From: Octopus sinensis
Taxonomy: Eukaryota
Length of the DNA stretch: 64,000 bases
Assembly (NCBI RefSeq): GCF_006345805.1
Contig: NC_042997.1
Span: forward strand, 22,630,001 to 22,694,000
Direction: 5' to 3'
Below the pieces are notes generated by a model. That model did not search any database. It saw only the letters and a program-made list of their open reading frames with translations, and had not been told where the DNA came from. Position numbers and translations under genes: made by a program. This document shows positions 36,951 to 50,007 of this stretch, one piece after another (within the stretch, counting starts at the first letter, position 1; every line of letters starts with the position of its first letter).

Positions 36951-38488
36951 CCTGTGTAAAAATTGTTAAAATGTTTTGTGTATTGTAGACGTATAAAGAA
37001 TTTATTGCATATAAACTTTACTGGTCTGAAGCACAATTTTTTTTATGGTTGCTGAAAAATTACCATGGACCCCCCCCACACACACACACACACACACAAT
37101 TTACTATATTGCATCTGTGATTCCCTCAAAATCTTACATGGACCCTGGTTGAGAACCATTGGTCTTGATTAAGCATGCCAGGATTAATAAACATCAACTG
37201 TACTGACTTCACTGGAAATTAGTTGTCTGCCAGAATTGGTACCAATTGTGTTGACTTCATTGGTCTAGAAGGTGTCTGCCAGAATTAATAAACATCATGT
37301 TTTGACTTCTCTTTTCTGAAAGTTGTCAACCAGAAATACTAAGGAAGGGCATGAAACCATAGAAACCATACCAAAGCAAACAGTAAACCTTAGCACAATC
37401 CTCTGGTTCACCAGTTCCTATCAAACCATCCAACCCATGCCAGTGTGGAAAACAAGCATCAAATAGTGATGTCAATATACTGACTTCCCTAGGCTGGAAG
37501 GTATCTGCCAGAATCACTTGCTCTACCCTTCTTTCTGATATATTCTTTTACTAGTCTCATTTGTATATTCTATACTGGATCTCCACCTTCTAGGATATAG
37601 TCAATTATGTCGATGCCCATTGCTTATTTTATCAAAAGATAAATGGCAAAGTGTACCTGGGTAAAATTGAATTTAGAACATAAAGCAACATAATCAACTA
37701 CCACAAGGTACGTTGTATGATGCTCTGTTGTTTGATAAGAACTGCTGTTAGTTTAATCTGTATGAGATTTTCAGAACATGTTTTGTTTATAGTAGAGAGG
37801 TTGCTGCACTACAGTTTTCACATTCTTTCTTTCTTCTTCTTCCTCCTCCTTTTTCCTATGGCCTTGGTAATAAGCATGGCAAAAAAAACAAACAAAGAGA
37901 TTTAGATGCAAACAGATAATGCATTTAATATCAATACAACATAAAGTGATAGTACATAAATACAATGGGATTGCAGTACATATGGCAAGACAATTTCAGA
38001 CATTACACTCTGTGTCAAAGGTGACATACTGGAGTGAGAGAGAGAGTGTGTGTGTGTGTGCATGCGCAGGTATGCTCTCTCTCCCTCTCTCACACTCACA
38101 CATGCATGCACACAATTTTCCTCTTGCACATACACATACATTCACATTCTCCCTCTCACATACACACACACACACACACACTCTGTCTCGCCCCATTTTT
38201 GTTTCTCTTTGTAGACTGAAATTACTCATGAAATACTTTGAAAATTTAAATCTTTGGTGAATAGGAGAGGAAAAATGATAAAAGTACTTTAAATAAAGTT
38301 TTAATGAACTATGTAACTGCCTACAAATAATCTAGGTTAAAACAGATAAATTTATGCAAATTATTACACTGATAGTGAACATAATAAAATTTCTGACAAA
38401 ACTAGTTATTTTTCAGTTACACATCAAGCATATTATTAAGATTTCAATATGTTCTTCATGTACTAACCCATTTTTCTTTCTATTTCAG

Positions 38489-38575
38489 GCTGGACTTGAC
38501 AAATCTGTTATTTTGGCTTTTGTACAACTTCGTGTTGATTTCCGATCATCTAAATTGGCATCACTACTTAAATAA
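38489..38575 (+). CDS. EXOC5: EXOC5 terminal exon 19 (AGLDKSVILAFVQLRVDFRSSKLASLLK*)
   Basis: tttcag acceptor, FVQLR.D(Y/F)RS C-terminal motif, TAA at 38573-38575. Confidence 0.95.
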   Translation, partial: AGLDKSVILAFVQLRVDFRSSKLASLLK

Positions 38576-38814
38576 TTTCTGTTATATACACGTGCTGTTA
38601 TATACACATGCAATCTTACTATTTAATTCTCTACTATAATATTCTTTCAGCAATATATATATTTGCATGTACAAACTTCAAGAGATTATAGTGAATCTAA
38701 GTTTGAAACAAAAAAATGTCCAGCTTTTAAACATGTGTTGTAGATATTTAACATTTGTGAGAGCCTGTGTGTATTTCATGCGTACCAATTGTACACTTTT
38801 TAAGAAAAGTTACC

Positions 38815-38848
38815 AATAAAATCAATAAAGAAATATTTTAAAAATAAA
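38815..38848 (+). terminator. Cluster of AATAAA polyadenylation signals, probable EXOC5 3' end
   Basis: AATAAA at about 38815, 38824 and 38843, ~240-270 nt after the stop; usage is not demonstrated. Confidence 0.5.
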
Positions 38849-39546
38849 GAGTTTTTAAACAAAATATTTCAATTTACAGCAGTACATTCTACTCATTATT
38901 TTGTAAGGAAACATTTGCTTATTGTTAAAAAAAATGTTGATTTCTTATACTGTTAAAACTTTATTTAAATTTAAAACCATCCATTATGACATTTTATTAA
39001 AGTTTCTCTATTGTGTATTTTACACCATAAATACCACTGTATATTGGCTTATTTATTCATATTAAAGTGTTCAATAATTATACATTTTATCTATTCTTTT
39101 TAACTTTTATCAAGATGAAAGATTATGAGTTGACAAATTATGTACAAGACTTAATGCCATATTAATAGATTAGTTTCATTCGTTTAAGTTTGAGCATAGG
39201 CCCAACATTGCTTTACATCTTCTTGTTGATAAACTACCACATGCTTATCTTCATGTTAGCCATGATTGAAGACATTCTGACTTTGACCATCCCATTTTTT
39301 TTATTAATCAAATTCTGTGGCATAAGTAGCCCTTAAGTGCATAAGGGTTAATTGGAGTGTATGAGCAAGTTGTTTCACCCTAAGATCAAATGTCTTTCAG
39401 TTATCCCCATCCTATTTTTTTTTTATCTGTATCAGTGATTATGTTGTCCAATGTATTATTTTTTATTTTTGTTGTTTTTATAACCCCAAATCAGATTTGG
39501 CTGCTATTTCTAGTAGGACAAGCAATCAACCTGGAGTTCCTTTGGC

Positions 39547-39954
39547 TTACTCTTTACTCTTTTACTTGTTTCGGTCATTTGACTGCGGCCATGCTGGAGC
39601 ACCGCCTTTAGTCGAGCAAATCGACCCCAGGACTTATTCTTTGTAAGCCCAGTACTTATTCTATCGGTCTCTTTTGCCGAACCGCTAAGTGACGGGGACG
39701 TAAACACACCAGCATCGGTTGTCAAGCAATGCTAGGGGGACAAACACAGACACACAAACACATATACACACACATATATATATATACATATATACAACAG
39801 GCTTCTTTCAGTTTCCGTCTACCAAATCCACTCACAAGGCATTGGTCGGCCCGGGGCTATAGCAGAAGACACTTGCCCAAGATGCCACGCAGTGGGACTG
39901 AACCCGGAACCATGTGGTTGGTTAGCAAGCTACTTACCACACAGCCACTCCTGC
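39547..39954 (-). mobile_element. Full-length tRNA-derived SINE, same family as 36524-36950
   Basis: Collinear with the 36524 copy; further partial copies at 1-150, 18845-18930, 27815-28175, 29690-29830, 31200-31510 and 59035-59180. Confidence 0.85.
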
Positions 39955-41844
39955 ACCTGTTAGTGTATTATTTAAGATAGTTGGGTGTGATTCAAATCAG
40001 ACTTAGCTGTTATTTCTTGGCCAAGCACCCACATAGTGCCCTTGTTAATTAGCACTTGTATATCCCCACGTCAGCTATGTCCAAACAGAAGCAGATCTAT
40101 AGCATCATACAGGTACTAGACATGATATGTCACCTTCTGATCTGCTTTTCCTATTTACATCATGCTTGTATCTAGCAGAAGACCATAGTGCACATTCTGA
40201 AATGCAGTGATTAATCAATGAATTATAGTCTGGACATATCTCCACTGTCCAATCTATTTCTATATATTAGCAGATGCTGATGGTCACCAGATTATGAACT
40301 GGTAAGTTCAATTTATTCAGAATATAATAATTGCTGGTCCTCTGCACTGATTCTTAATGCATCCCAGCTTAGTCTTTGGTGGTTACATTCAAAGATGTTA
40401 CTTCTGTAGTATTCTGATTGCATCTACATGCACAGAAAATATTCCTCTTCACATCATTCAAGCTATGATCTGATTTCTCTTGGTAGATTATATTTAGAAT
40501 TACTGTATCTCCTATATTCATCAATTTTTAAGATAGCATGGTAGAATTGAAAGATCTGACTGGAATTATGGCAGATTTGTAACTGGTGAAGTTTTCACAC
40601 TTGGTGTCAGTGTATATGAGGTGGAATAGTTAAGGAATACTTGAGAAATGTTGATGTGTGTCAGTTTGAGTTCATTGTAATCTGGAAGCAGCTTGGTTGA
40701 ATGGCTAAGAATCACAAGGCCCTGCCAGATTCTATCCCACTATGTAGCATCTAATCGGCTTAAGTATAGTCAGTGAACCTGTGGAAGCCTATCAGAGGGA
40801 TTGTAGCTATAATTTAGAGGTCCAGTCATGTCACAGTGATTTTTACCTGAGAATTACATTGATACACATGTCTGTGGAGTGCTCAACCAGTCAATTTCAT
40901 GCTAAATTAATGAGCAGGTTGTTCAGTCGATCAACTGAATACTGATGTGGAAACCATCAAAGATCCATTGACAATGAATACAATCTGAAATAAATGTAGT
41001 TAATGATGTTGATCATCAGAAATGGTATTTGCAGAACTATCTTCATCGAGTGATGAGCAAAAGAAATTCTACATAGTCAGTAGAAACCCTTTTGGCAAGA
41101 AACTAGGTTCAGTTGCTGTTTGAAAGGTAAGAGAGTTTTCAAGTTAAGGACAATGTGTGTGTATATATATATATTTTAATATATTATTATTAATATTAGG
41201 AAATCAATATCAAAACTCCTCAGAAAGATATACATGTGTGAAAAATAATTGTTGTATTAAAAATATTTAGATAAATAAATATAAATATGTATAAAAAATA
41301 TATGTAAATATGTATAAGTATAAATATATAATGTATATGACAGTTTAAAAGTTTTGAATGAATTATTTAAAGCATCTTACCTTATATTGATATGCATATC
41401 AATGCTTCTGCTCTTCAGAGATATAAAATTGAATTCTGTATAACATATCGAATGGTAGTTTTTTTTTTAAATTTGAAGTAAAACTATAAAATGGTGTTTG
41501 TTTGAAAGATAAATTAAAATTTAAAAAAAATATATATATATATACACACACACATGCATGCACCAAAAGGTTATATGTTACAAAGGAAATTATTAGTAAA
41601 TTAACAAGCCACCTTCCTCTTTCTCCCTATATATAATGGACTAACTAATAGCAGATCATTTAAATAATTAATTAATTTATACATTGACCTATTTATATTT
41701 GCAGCAGTAATGCTTATATTTACAATGCTACCCACTACCTACAGGGACAACAATTTTAACATGTTTGAGTGATGGTAGGTTAAATTAAGACCAACTGATG
41801 TGACACATCTGTTACCAAACAATCACTGAAACCTTCTTTTCAGG

Positions 41845-44800
41845 TGCCCAATACCATCTCTTTTGCCCATGTTCCCTCTTGTGCCCCTTACCCAGTTCTC
41901 AGGGTTGGCACTGTTAATGTAGGCACATTGAAAAGTAGGTCTAACGAGATTGTTGAGCTGCTTGAACGGAGGCATGTTGATGTGTGCTGCATCCAAGAGG
42001 TAAGGTGAAGAGTTCTGTGATGCAAATAACCTATTGATCTGCAACACCAACTTCAGGGAGCTGACCAGTCACCTGATAACCTACCAATCAGGTGGCTATT
42101 CTTGCCAGATTGACTACATTCTAATCTGGCAGTGGGATGCATGGTTGCTCTTAAAGACAAAGACCCTCCCTGGTGAAGAATGTATCCCCCAGCATAAACT
42201 AGTTGTTAGTGATTTTAGACTCCAGGCCAGAAGGATACCAACAAGAAGCTTGCTAATCTGGAAAAGAAAGATTTGGAAGCTTTAAAGGTCCTTCATGTGC
42301 TCAGAAATTTTGGGACATCCTAATTGAGAAATTTGATGAGAGAGAGGAGGAGCTACAAACTTGTGACATAGAGCAACTGGAAATTCCTGCAGGGCAGCTT
42401 GCTGAGTGCCACAGACCAAGTCTGTGGGTGGTGTGAAGTCCCCAACAAGACCTAGGATAACGTGGTGGTGGAACGATGCAGTAGACAGGGCCATTAGAGC
42501 AAAGAAGTGAGGCTACTGGGGAACTGTATCAGATTGCCAGGAGGAAAGCTAGGAGGCAGGTATATCTAGCCAAGGGAGAAGCAGAAAAGAAGTTTGCCTA
42601 TGTTCAGCAATGTCAGGACCAAAGAAATTAAGTGTTTCAGATTGCAGGACAGTGTGTGAGAGAAAATCGTGATGTCACAGGAGAGAAATGTGCCCACATG
42701 GGTGATGGTGCACTTGCGTTTAATGATTCTGCAAAGAAAGAGACTTGGAAATGCCATTATGAAAGAATGCTGAATATGGAGAATGAATGAGAGGAGAATA
42801 GTTTGATAAATTTTGACCCAATTGAGGTACCAACTACCCGAATCAACTGCTACAAAGGTAAAGGTGATGCCTTAGATACAAATAATTACAGAGATGTCAC
42901 ATTGTTGGATCAGGTGATGCCTTAGATACAAATAATTACAGAGATGTCACATTGTTGGATCAGGTGATGGAAGTTATGGAGAGAGTCATAGCCCAACTGA
43001 TTAGGGAGAGAGTTAGCCTAGATGAGACACAATTTGGTTCTGTGCCAGGGAGAAGCACCACTGATGCTATATTTCTGGTAAGACAGCTGCAGGAGAAATA
43101 CCTAGCCAAAGATAAACCTCTGTACTTGGCCTTTGCTGACTTAGGGAAAGCTTTTGACAGGGTCCCCCGATCCCTTATCTGGTGGTCAGTATGGACACTA
43201 GGGATAGACGAGTAGTTGGTGAGAGCTGTACAAGTCATGTACAGGGATGCTACCTGTAAGGTGAGAGTTGGCAATGAGTACAGCAAAGAATTCAGGGTAT
43301 AAGTAGGGTTCACCAAGGACTGGTGCTCAGCCCCCCTCTTGTTCATCATAGTCCTCCAGGCAATAACAGAGGAATTTAAGACAGGCTGCCCCTGGGAGCT
43401 TTTCTATGCTGATGACCTTGCTCTTACAGCTGAATCACTATCAGAACTAGAGAAGTTCCAGGTATGGAAGTAATGTCTAGAATCAAAGGGCCTTAGTGTT
43501 AACCTAGCAAAAACCAAAGTTTTAGTAAGTAGGAAGGCAGACAAACCACAAATCTCTTCAGGTAGATGACCCTGCTCAATCTATATCCGTAAGATGCACC
43601 CAGTGTAAGCTTTGGACACGTAAAAGTAGTAATATCAGAGGAAGATTAACAGGGAAACTAACTTTTGTATGTGGAAGATGCACAGGTGCAATAAATGCTG
43701 AAAATGCACAGAAAATAGACTCCATGAACTGCCAGGGGGGCAAGCTAGAGGTAGTAGATAGCTTCTGTTATCTAGATGACGAAGTTAGTAGTGGAGTGGG
43801 ATGCTCCGAGAGCATAGCTGTGAGAATAAGATTAGGCTGGGCAAAGTTCAGAGAGCTCCTACATCTGCTGGCGACAAAGGGCCTCTCTCTTAGAGTGAAA
43901 GGCAGATTGTTTGATGCCTGTGTGCGAACAGCCATGCTACATGGCAGTGAAACATGGGCCATGACAGCCAAGGACATGCATAGGCTTGAAAAAAATGAAG
44001 CCAGTATGCTTCACTGGATGTGCAATGTCAGTGTGCATGTTCAACAGAGTGTAAGCATCTTGAGAGAAAAGTTGGGCATAAGAGGCATCAGATGGGGTGT
44101 GCAAGAAAAACGACTGCACTGGTCTGGTCATGTGATACATATGGATGAGAACATCTGTGTAAAGAAGTGCCAGTCTCTGTAGGAGGAACCTGTGATAGAG
44201 GTAGAGCCAGGAAGACATGGGACGAAATGGTGAAGCATCATCTTTGAACTTTGAACCTTACAGAGGCAATGACTAGTAACTGAGATCTTTGGCAATATGC
44301 TGTGCTTGAGAAAACCCATCAAGCCAAGTGAAATCGCAGTCATGGCTGATGTTGGTGTCACATAACTGGCACCCATACCAGTGGCACGTAAAAAGCACCA
44401 TTAGAGTATTGGGCCTCACAGAGACAAAGTGACTGAGTTGCTTTTGAGCACTGAGGTGCTTATGGAGGCAAAGTGGCCGAGTTCTTTTCTAGCAATGGGC
44501 CTCACAGAAGCAAAGTGTCTGAGTTCCTTTCAAGTGTGGCACCTCATAGAGGCAAAGTGGTTGAGTTCCTTTCAAGTATTGGGCCTCACAGAGGCAATGA
44601 CTGAGACTTTTGACATTATGTTGTGCTTGAGAAGAAGACCTATCAAGCCAAGCAAAATCACAGTTAAGACAGATACCAGTGTCATGCAAATGGCACCCAT
44701 GCCGGTGGCACATAAAAGCACTCATTACACTCTCCGAGTGGTTAACATTAGGAAGGGCATCCAACCATAGAAAACCATGCCAAATCAAACTGGAATCTGG

Positions 44801-44880
44801 TACAGCCTTCCAGCTTATCAGCCCTGATCAAACCGTCCAACTCATGCCAGAATGGACAACGGAGGTTAGATGATGATGAT
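41845..44880 (+). mobile_element. Degenerate, internally deleted RTE LINE (EN start, RT, PHD remnant, 3'UTR)
   Basis: LRVGTVNVGTLKSRSNEIVELLERRHVDVCCIQEV at ~41905; FGSVPGRSTTDAIF..KAFDRVP; YADD at ~43405; many stops and indels relative to 50008-53232. Confidence 0.92.
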
Positions 44881-46594
44881 GAATGTGCATTATTGGGCCC
44901 CTCACTCAATACATGATGTAAAGTGACTGGCATTTAGTAGGGCCTCCAGCTGTAGAAACCATGCCAAAGCAGACATTGGAGCACAATGTAGTCCTCAAAC
45001 CTATCTAATCCTGTCAAATCATCCAACCCATGCCAGTATAGAAGATGGCCATTAAAAGATGATAATTATTATAATGATAACTATTGCAATTTAGCTGTGA
45101 GTGAACCATTAGAGCTTTCATGATTGTTGGGTACAGTTCAACATTATTTAGGAGAGGGATTTTTTACTTAGCTGTCTCATTTAGATCCCTGATAAAGCAT
45201 ATTTGAGACTAAGTGTAGTCAGAATAGAACTGGTAGAGATGTGACCAGTTAATTAACATGAAATACCCAAGGGTTCAGACATCAGGGATTGTTGTAAAGC
45301 AAACACACTTGGTTTAAGCTTAGACATGAGAGGTATGTTGCCTAACTTTAAATCCTAATCTTGGATTTAATTGTGCTGTCTTTTCCATTATGTGCAAAAG
45401 TACCATCCTTGATCATCAAAGAAAGTACCTCAAAAAATTGTATTGGTATTCTTTATAGAAGATTGTATTCCTATTTTTAGGTTTAAATGTTTTGTTTCCC
45501 CCACCCCACCCCACCCACAACAAATCTACTTAGATTTAATGATGATGATGATGATGATGATGATGATCATCATCATCATCGTTTAACGTCCGTTTTCCGC
45601 GCTAGCACGGGTTGGACGGTTTCGACCGGGGTCTGGGGAGCTAGGGACTGCCCCAGGCTCCAGTCTGGTCAGGCAGTGTTTCTACAGCTGGATGCCCTTC
45701 CTAACGCCAACCACTCCGCGAGTGTAGTGGGTGCTTTTTACGTGCCACCTGCACAGGTGCCAGAGGGGTCTGGCATCGGCCACGTTCGGATGGTGCTTTT
45801 TATGTGGGGGGGTTGCAGGAATATAGGGGAGCACCAGTGGGGAGGGGTGGTTCAGAGAAATGATGACAGGTTGTAGGCAAGTAGAACGTAGGATATCAAG
45901 AGAGGGGTAATGCATGGTGAAATAGCGTATTGAAGAGGGGGGTTCGAAGAGTAGACACCTATAATGGTGGTGGGAGAAGCGACATCCGGTATAGATGGAG
46001 CAAAAATCTGATTAGCTATTCAGTTCATGTTTTTAAAATGTCCTTTGTGAGATATATTTTATACATTAAAGTCATGCATGACCTATGTAATTAATCAGTT
46101 TACAGTAAATAACAAAGAAGGTAATTTCATTACTATTGTTCACACAAATATACTTTTGTCCTTTCTTTTCTCCAGGGTTATAAAAGTTTGATGTCTCTTA
46201 CGAAGTTATTTAATCCCTGTGGAAAATTAAAAATCTATAACTAAAATTAATGACTTGCTCAGCATTTAATTAAACATTTTTTTACTATCAAATCTATTAG
46301 TATAAAGTTCACTTTATTTACTTTCTTTTTTTTTTATGTTTCATGAAGAGAGATCTGATGATAATAGCAAATCCCACTAAGATAACCCTGGCAGAGAAAA
46401 TGTTTTAATGTCCTTTAAAAAAACCATTAATTATTCTAAGAATGAAGGGTATTTTTTTTTTTTTTTGTAATGTTTTTCAATCCCTACCATACTTTGGTGA
46501 AATAGTGAGGGGATAACATAGTGACATTAAAGCTGGATGATGATAGTTGGCAGAGATACATGAACAGTAAAGCGGGTTCAGTAAATGTATTTTT

Positions 46595-46651
46595 GAAGAA
46601 GAAGAAGAAGAAGAAGAAGAAGAAGAAGAAGAAGAAGAAGAAGAAGAAGAA
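46595..46651. repeat. (GAA)19 microsatellite
   Basis: Pure GAA run. Confidence 0.95.
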
Positions 46652-46996
46652 TCTGGTGATAGAACAACATAGAAATGATGGAAAAAGAGAAACAATTGCA
46701 TAAATAGAAAATCTAAGACCATTGCACTAATAAAAGACATAAAACGAGCTTGATAAATATCAAAGACGGTAGTGTTGCTCATGGGAAGATTGTCAGAGCC
46801 TAGTAGCTGTGAGAATAAAAAAAAAAGTATATTTTCAAATATACATTGAATGGAACATGTTGTTACCAATTAGGAATTCAGAGACAGTAAGTTAGTTGAG
46901 ATCTGGAAGCATTTTTTGTTTACACAGGTTAATTTATCAATTCTCTGATTGCTTTTTCTAATTCGCACAAAATACAAATATTACCAATTAAGTAGC

Positions 46997-47115
46997 GACA
47001 ACCCCCTCTTCTTCATCATAGTCCTCCGGGCAATAATAGAAGAATTCAAGACAGGCTGCTGCTGGAAGCTCCTCTATACTGATGACCTTGTTCTTATAGC
47101 TGGATCACTATCAGA
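46997..47115 (+). mobile_element. Short RTE RT fragment (PLLFIIVL..EEFKTG..ELLY.DDL)
   Basis: Nucleotide match to 51590-51705. Confidence 0.8.
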
Positions 47116-47124
47116 GGCCTGACT

Positions 47125-47482
47125 CAACATTAAGATCATTGAAAGGCCAGGAAGCTCCATCAGATCACAACTATGTAGGATGTACCCGTTTGAGAATACC
47201 ACATGCACCAATGATAACTGCATGGTATGTAAGATTAATCCTGGAATTAACTATAGAACTAGAAATGTAGTCTACAACATAAGGTGCATAGTGGGTGCTT
47301 GTAAAGACAAGAATATGATATACCTAGTTGGGACATCTAGAAGCATCGCAGAGAGACTAAATGAACATTTGAGACAATATGACAACAAAAAACAGTCCTC
47401 CATATGCTATCAACATGCCAAAGGCCAACATGGAGGCACACTGGATCGACTTGACATCTGCATTATCCAAGCAATTACATAG
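47125..47482 (+). mobile_element. Penelope-like element GIY-YIG endonuclease remnant
   Basis: IKIIERPGSSIRSQLCRMYPF..CTNDNCMVC..NVVYNIRC..C..YLVGTSRSIAERLNEH..HAKGQH matches the PLE GIY-YIG pattern (VY.I.C..C..YIG.T.R....R..EH). Confidence 0.75.
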
Positions 47483-47944
47483 TCACTCAAACAGGCACGC
47501 ACACGGAGACAGAGGTACACACACACACATGTGCGCATGCACACACACACACACACACAAACACATGAATATGCAGAATACATACATACAAACGTACACA
47601 CATGCATACATATATATATGCATACACATACATGCATACATGCATGCATGCATGCATACATACATATACATATACACATGCACACTGACGCACACACATG
47701 CACACAAACAAACAAAAAGAATGCTGCTTTGATAACGGACAGAGTCAATGACTATTGAAAAGGTTGCAAGACACAACAAAAATTTTAGAAAAAAAAAGTA
47801 AATGAGTGGAAATTGAACTGGTGAGTGTATTAAATGATAAGGCACTGAAAGAAAATGCCTCTACCCAGATACAATAAAATATGCTTCAACACACAAATTC
47901 ACATGAAGAATCTTGCAAACCAAATACAAAAAGGAAATAGATAA

Positions 47945-48767
47945 AGTTCTTTTTTAATCTAAAATATACTCTCCTTCATTTTCTACAATGCTCTTCCATC
48001 TATCTGGTAGACTTGCAAGGCCCCTTCTCCAAAATTCACTTGTCCATGACAAAAAATACTCCTCCAGTACTATTCTGACTTTGTCTACAGAATTCATATA
48101 TTTTCTGTCCAAACGATTTTGAAGACTGCGGAATAAATGATAATCAGATGGGGCAATGTCGACAAATATGGTGGATGGAGCATCGTTTCCTATTCAAACT
48201 GCTCCAGCCTTTGGAATGTTATCCTCATTGTGTTTGGCTGAGCATTAGATTCAGAAAGTTTGTGAGGGACCCATTGACCCAATTTGCTGACATTTCCAAT
48301 GGCACACAGGTCTCATTGAATGGTTGAATGACCAAATCCATGCATCTCTGCTAGTTCCTCAACAGATGCGATGGGATTTTGTTGCACCAGGGTTTGCAGG
48401 ACATCCTCATTGAGCTCCACAGATCTTCCAGGATGAGACTCATCTTCTAGGCTGTAGTTTCTGGCTTGGAATTTCTGGAACCACCGTTGACTCTGGCTTA
48501 CACTTATTGTCCGATCCCCATATACTGCATTAGTATTCCTCACACTTTCTGTTGCATTGTTGCCTTAAATGAACTCATAAAGCAAAATATGCCGAATATG
48601 CACCTTTGAAAAAATAATTGTTAAAATCAAATGGCACTCTTCAAAAGGAAAAGGTAAAATCACTACCTGCATTTATAGCAAGTTGATGCAGGTAGTTTAT
48701 CCCATCCCCCTCCGACTTTTATTTCTTGCAAGTGAAAAAACTGCATTAATTATGGGATGCCCCAATA
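47945..48767 (-). mobile_element. Internally deleted mariner transposon
   Basis: N-terminal HTH HIRHILLYEF..NAVYGDRTISVSQSQRWFQKF..SLEDE..GRS; C-terminal DIAPSDYHLFRSLQN..GLASLPDRWKSIVENEGEY; central catalytic region missing; one TIR-like end at 48735-48767. Confidence 0.85.
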
Positions 48768-48860
48768 TATATGTATATATGAATGTGTGTGTGTGTGTGT
48801 GTGTGTGTAATGTTTCATATATATACATACATGTATGATGATTTTATATAAACATATGTT

Positions 48861-48864
<4 letters not shown>

Positions 48865-48958
<94 letters not shown>
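48865..48958. repeat. (GATA)n(GACA)n microsatellite
   Basis: Direct inspection. Confidence 0.95.
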
Positions 48959-48959
<1 letters not shown>

Positions 48960-49002
48960 TAGATGCCAGCATGGAAGGCAGATGTTAGGCAATGATGATG
49001 AG

Positions 49003-49035
<33 letters not shown>

Positions 49036-49049
49036 ACATACATACATGT

Positions 49050-49163
49050 ATGTATGTTAGTCATTATTCAATTTTATTTCAAGATTTCTTGTCAATAGAG
49101 AAGGAGCTGGTTTCTAACCTAGATCCAAGGCTCCTTCATTGGAATTTCAATATCAACAACAGG

Positions 49164-49194
<31 letters not shown>

Positions 49195-50007
49195 TGTATG
49201 TATGTATGTATGTATGTATGTATGTGTACAGATGTGTATGTTTTATATATGTATTCTCAAGCATATAGTTGTATGGAAAGTTTTACATATTTTTACAGTT
49301 CCAGTGATGGATTGGATTTGTAGTCTTCGAAGTGGTTTTCTCCTTTCTGGTTTTGAGAAGCCAATTTTCTTAAGATTGGTATATAGACATGGTGTTACAT
49401 ATCCCAGTGCCCTAATAATTACAGGTATAAACCTGAACTTGTAATCTGGATAGAGTAACTGCAGATTTCTTAATAGTTCAGTGTAGATATTCACTTTTTC
49501 ACAGATCTTCAGCTTTATGTTAGCATCCACCGGTTTCCACAACTATAAAGTTTCTCTTCTCTATCCCAAATCATTATATCAGGTCTATTGTGTTTACATT
49601 TTATTGAAGTTTTCACTGAGACATTCCAGCAGTCCTTCTTATTATGAGTGTTTGTGGCTTCCACCATACTGTGGGTTCTTATTTCTTTGTCCTTGGGTTA
49701 TCCTTTTGGCAGATCTCGTTATACAGTGTCCTAGCAACAACATCATGTCTCATCGGTAGATAATACAGTGATGACATTTTTGGACAACTTGAGATATCTT
49801 TGGTGTTAACTCCACAAAGTCTGCATCAGTTGTCACATTTTACTGCTTGTCCTGCATCTTTGTACATCAGGTATTTGGTTGATATTTCTTGTTCTTGGAT
49901 TGCAAACGCATTCCCTTCAACGTGGGATGTAGTAATCTGGTTGTTGATTCATGATATACTGCTTTGGTGATCAATGTTACTATCATCTCTGAGCTTTCTA
50001 TTAACAT
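49050..50007 (-). mobile_element. R4/Dong-like REL LINE, 3' part (Zn knuckle, endonuclease, 3'UTR with (TATG)n)
   Basis: VNRKL..TSHVEGNAFAIQEQEISTKY..CRLC..SSCPKMS.LYYLPMRHDVVA and NIKLKICEKVNIYTELL..IPVIIRALG..LQIQSITGTVKICKTF. Confidence 0.82.

Noticed and set aside
46150-46244. Strong acceptor followed by GYKSLMSLTKLFNPCGKLKIYN* as an alternative last exon
   Set aside because: No recognisable homology and it lies beyond the EXOC5 poly(A) signals; unsupported without RNA data.
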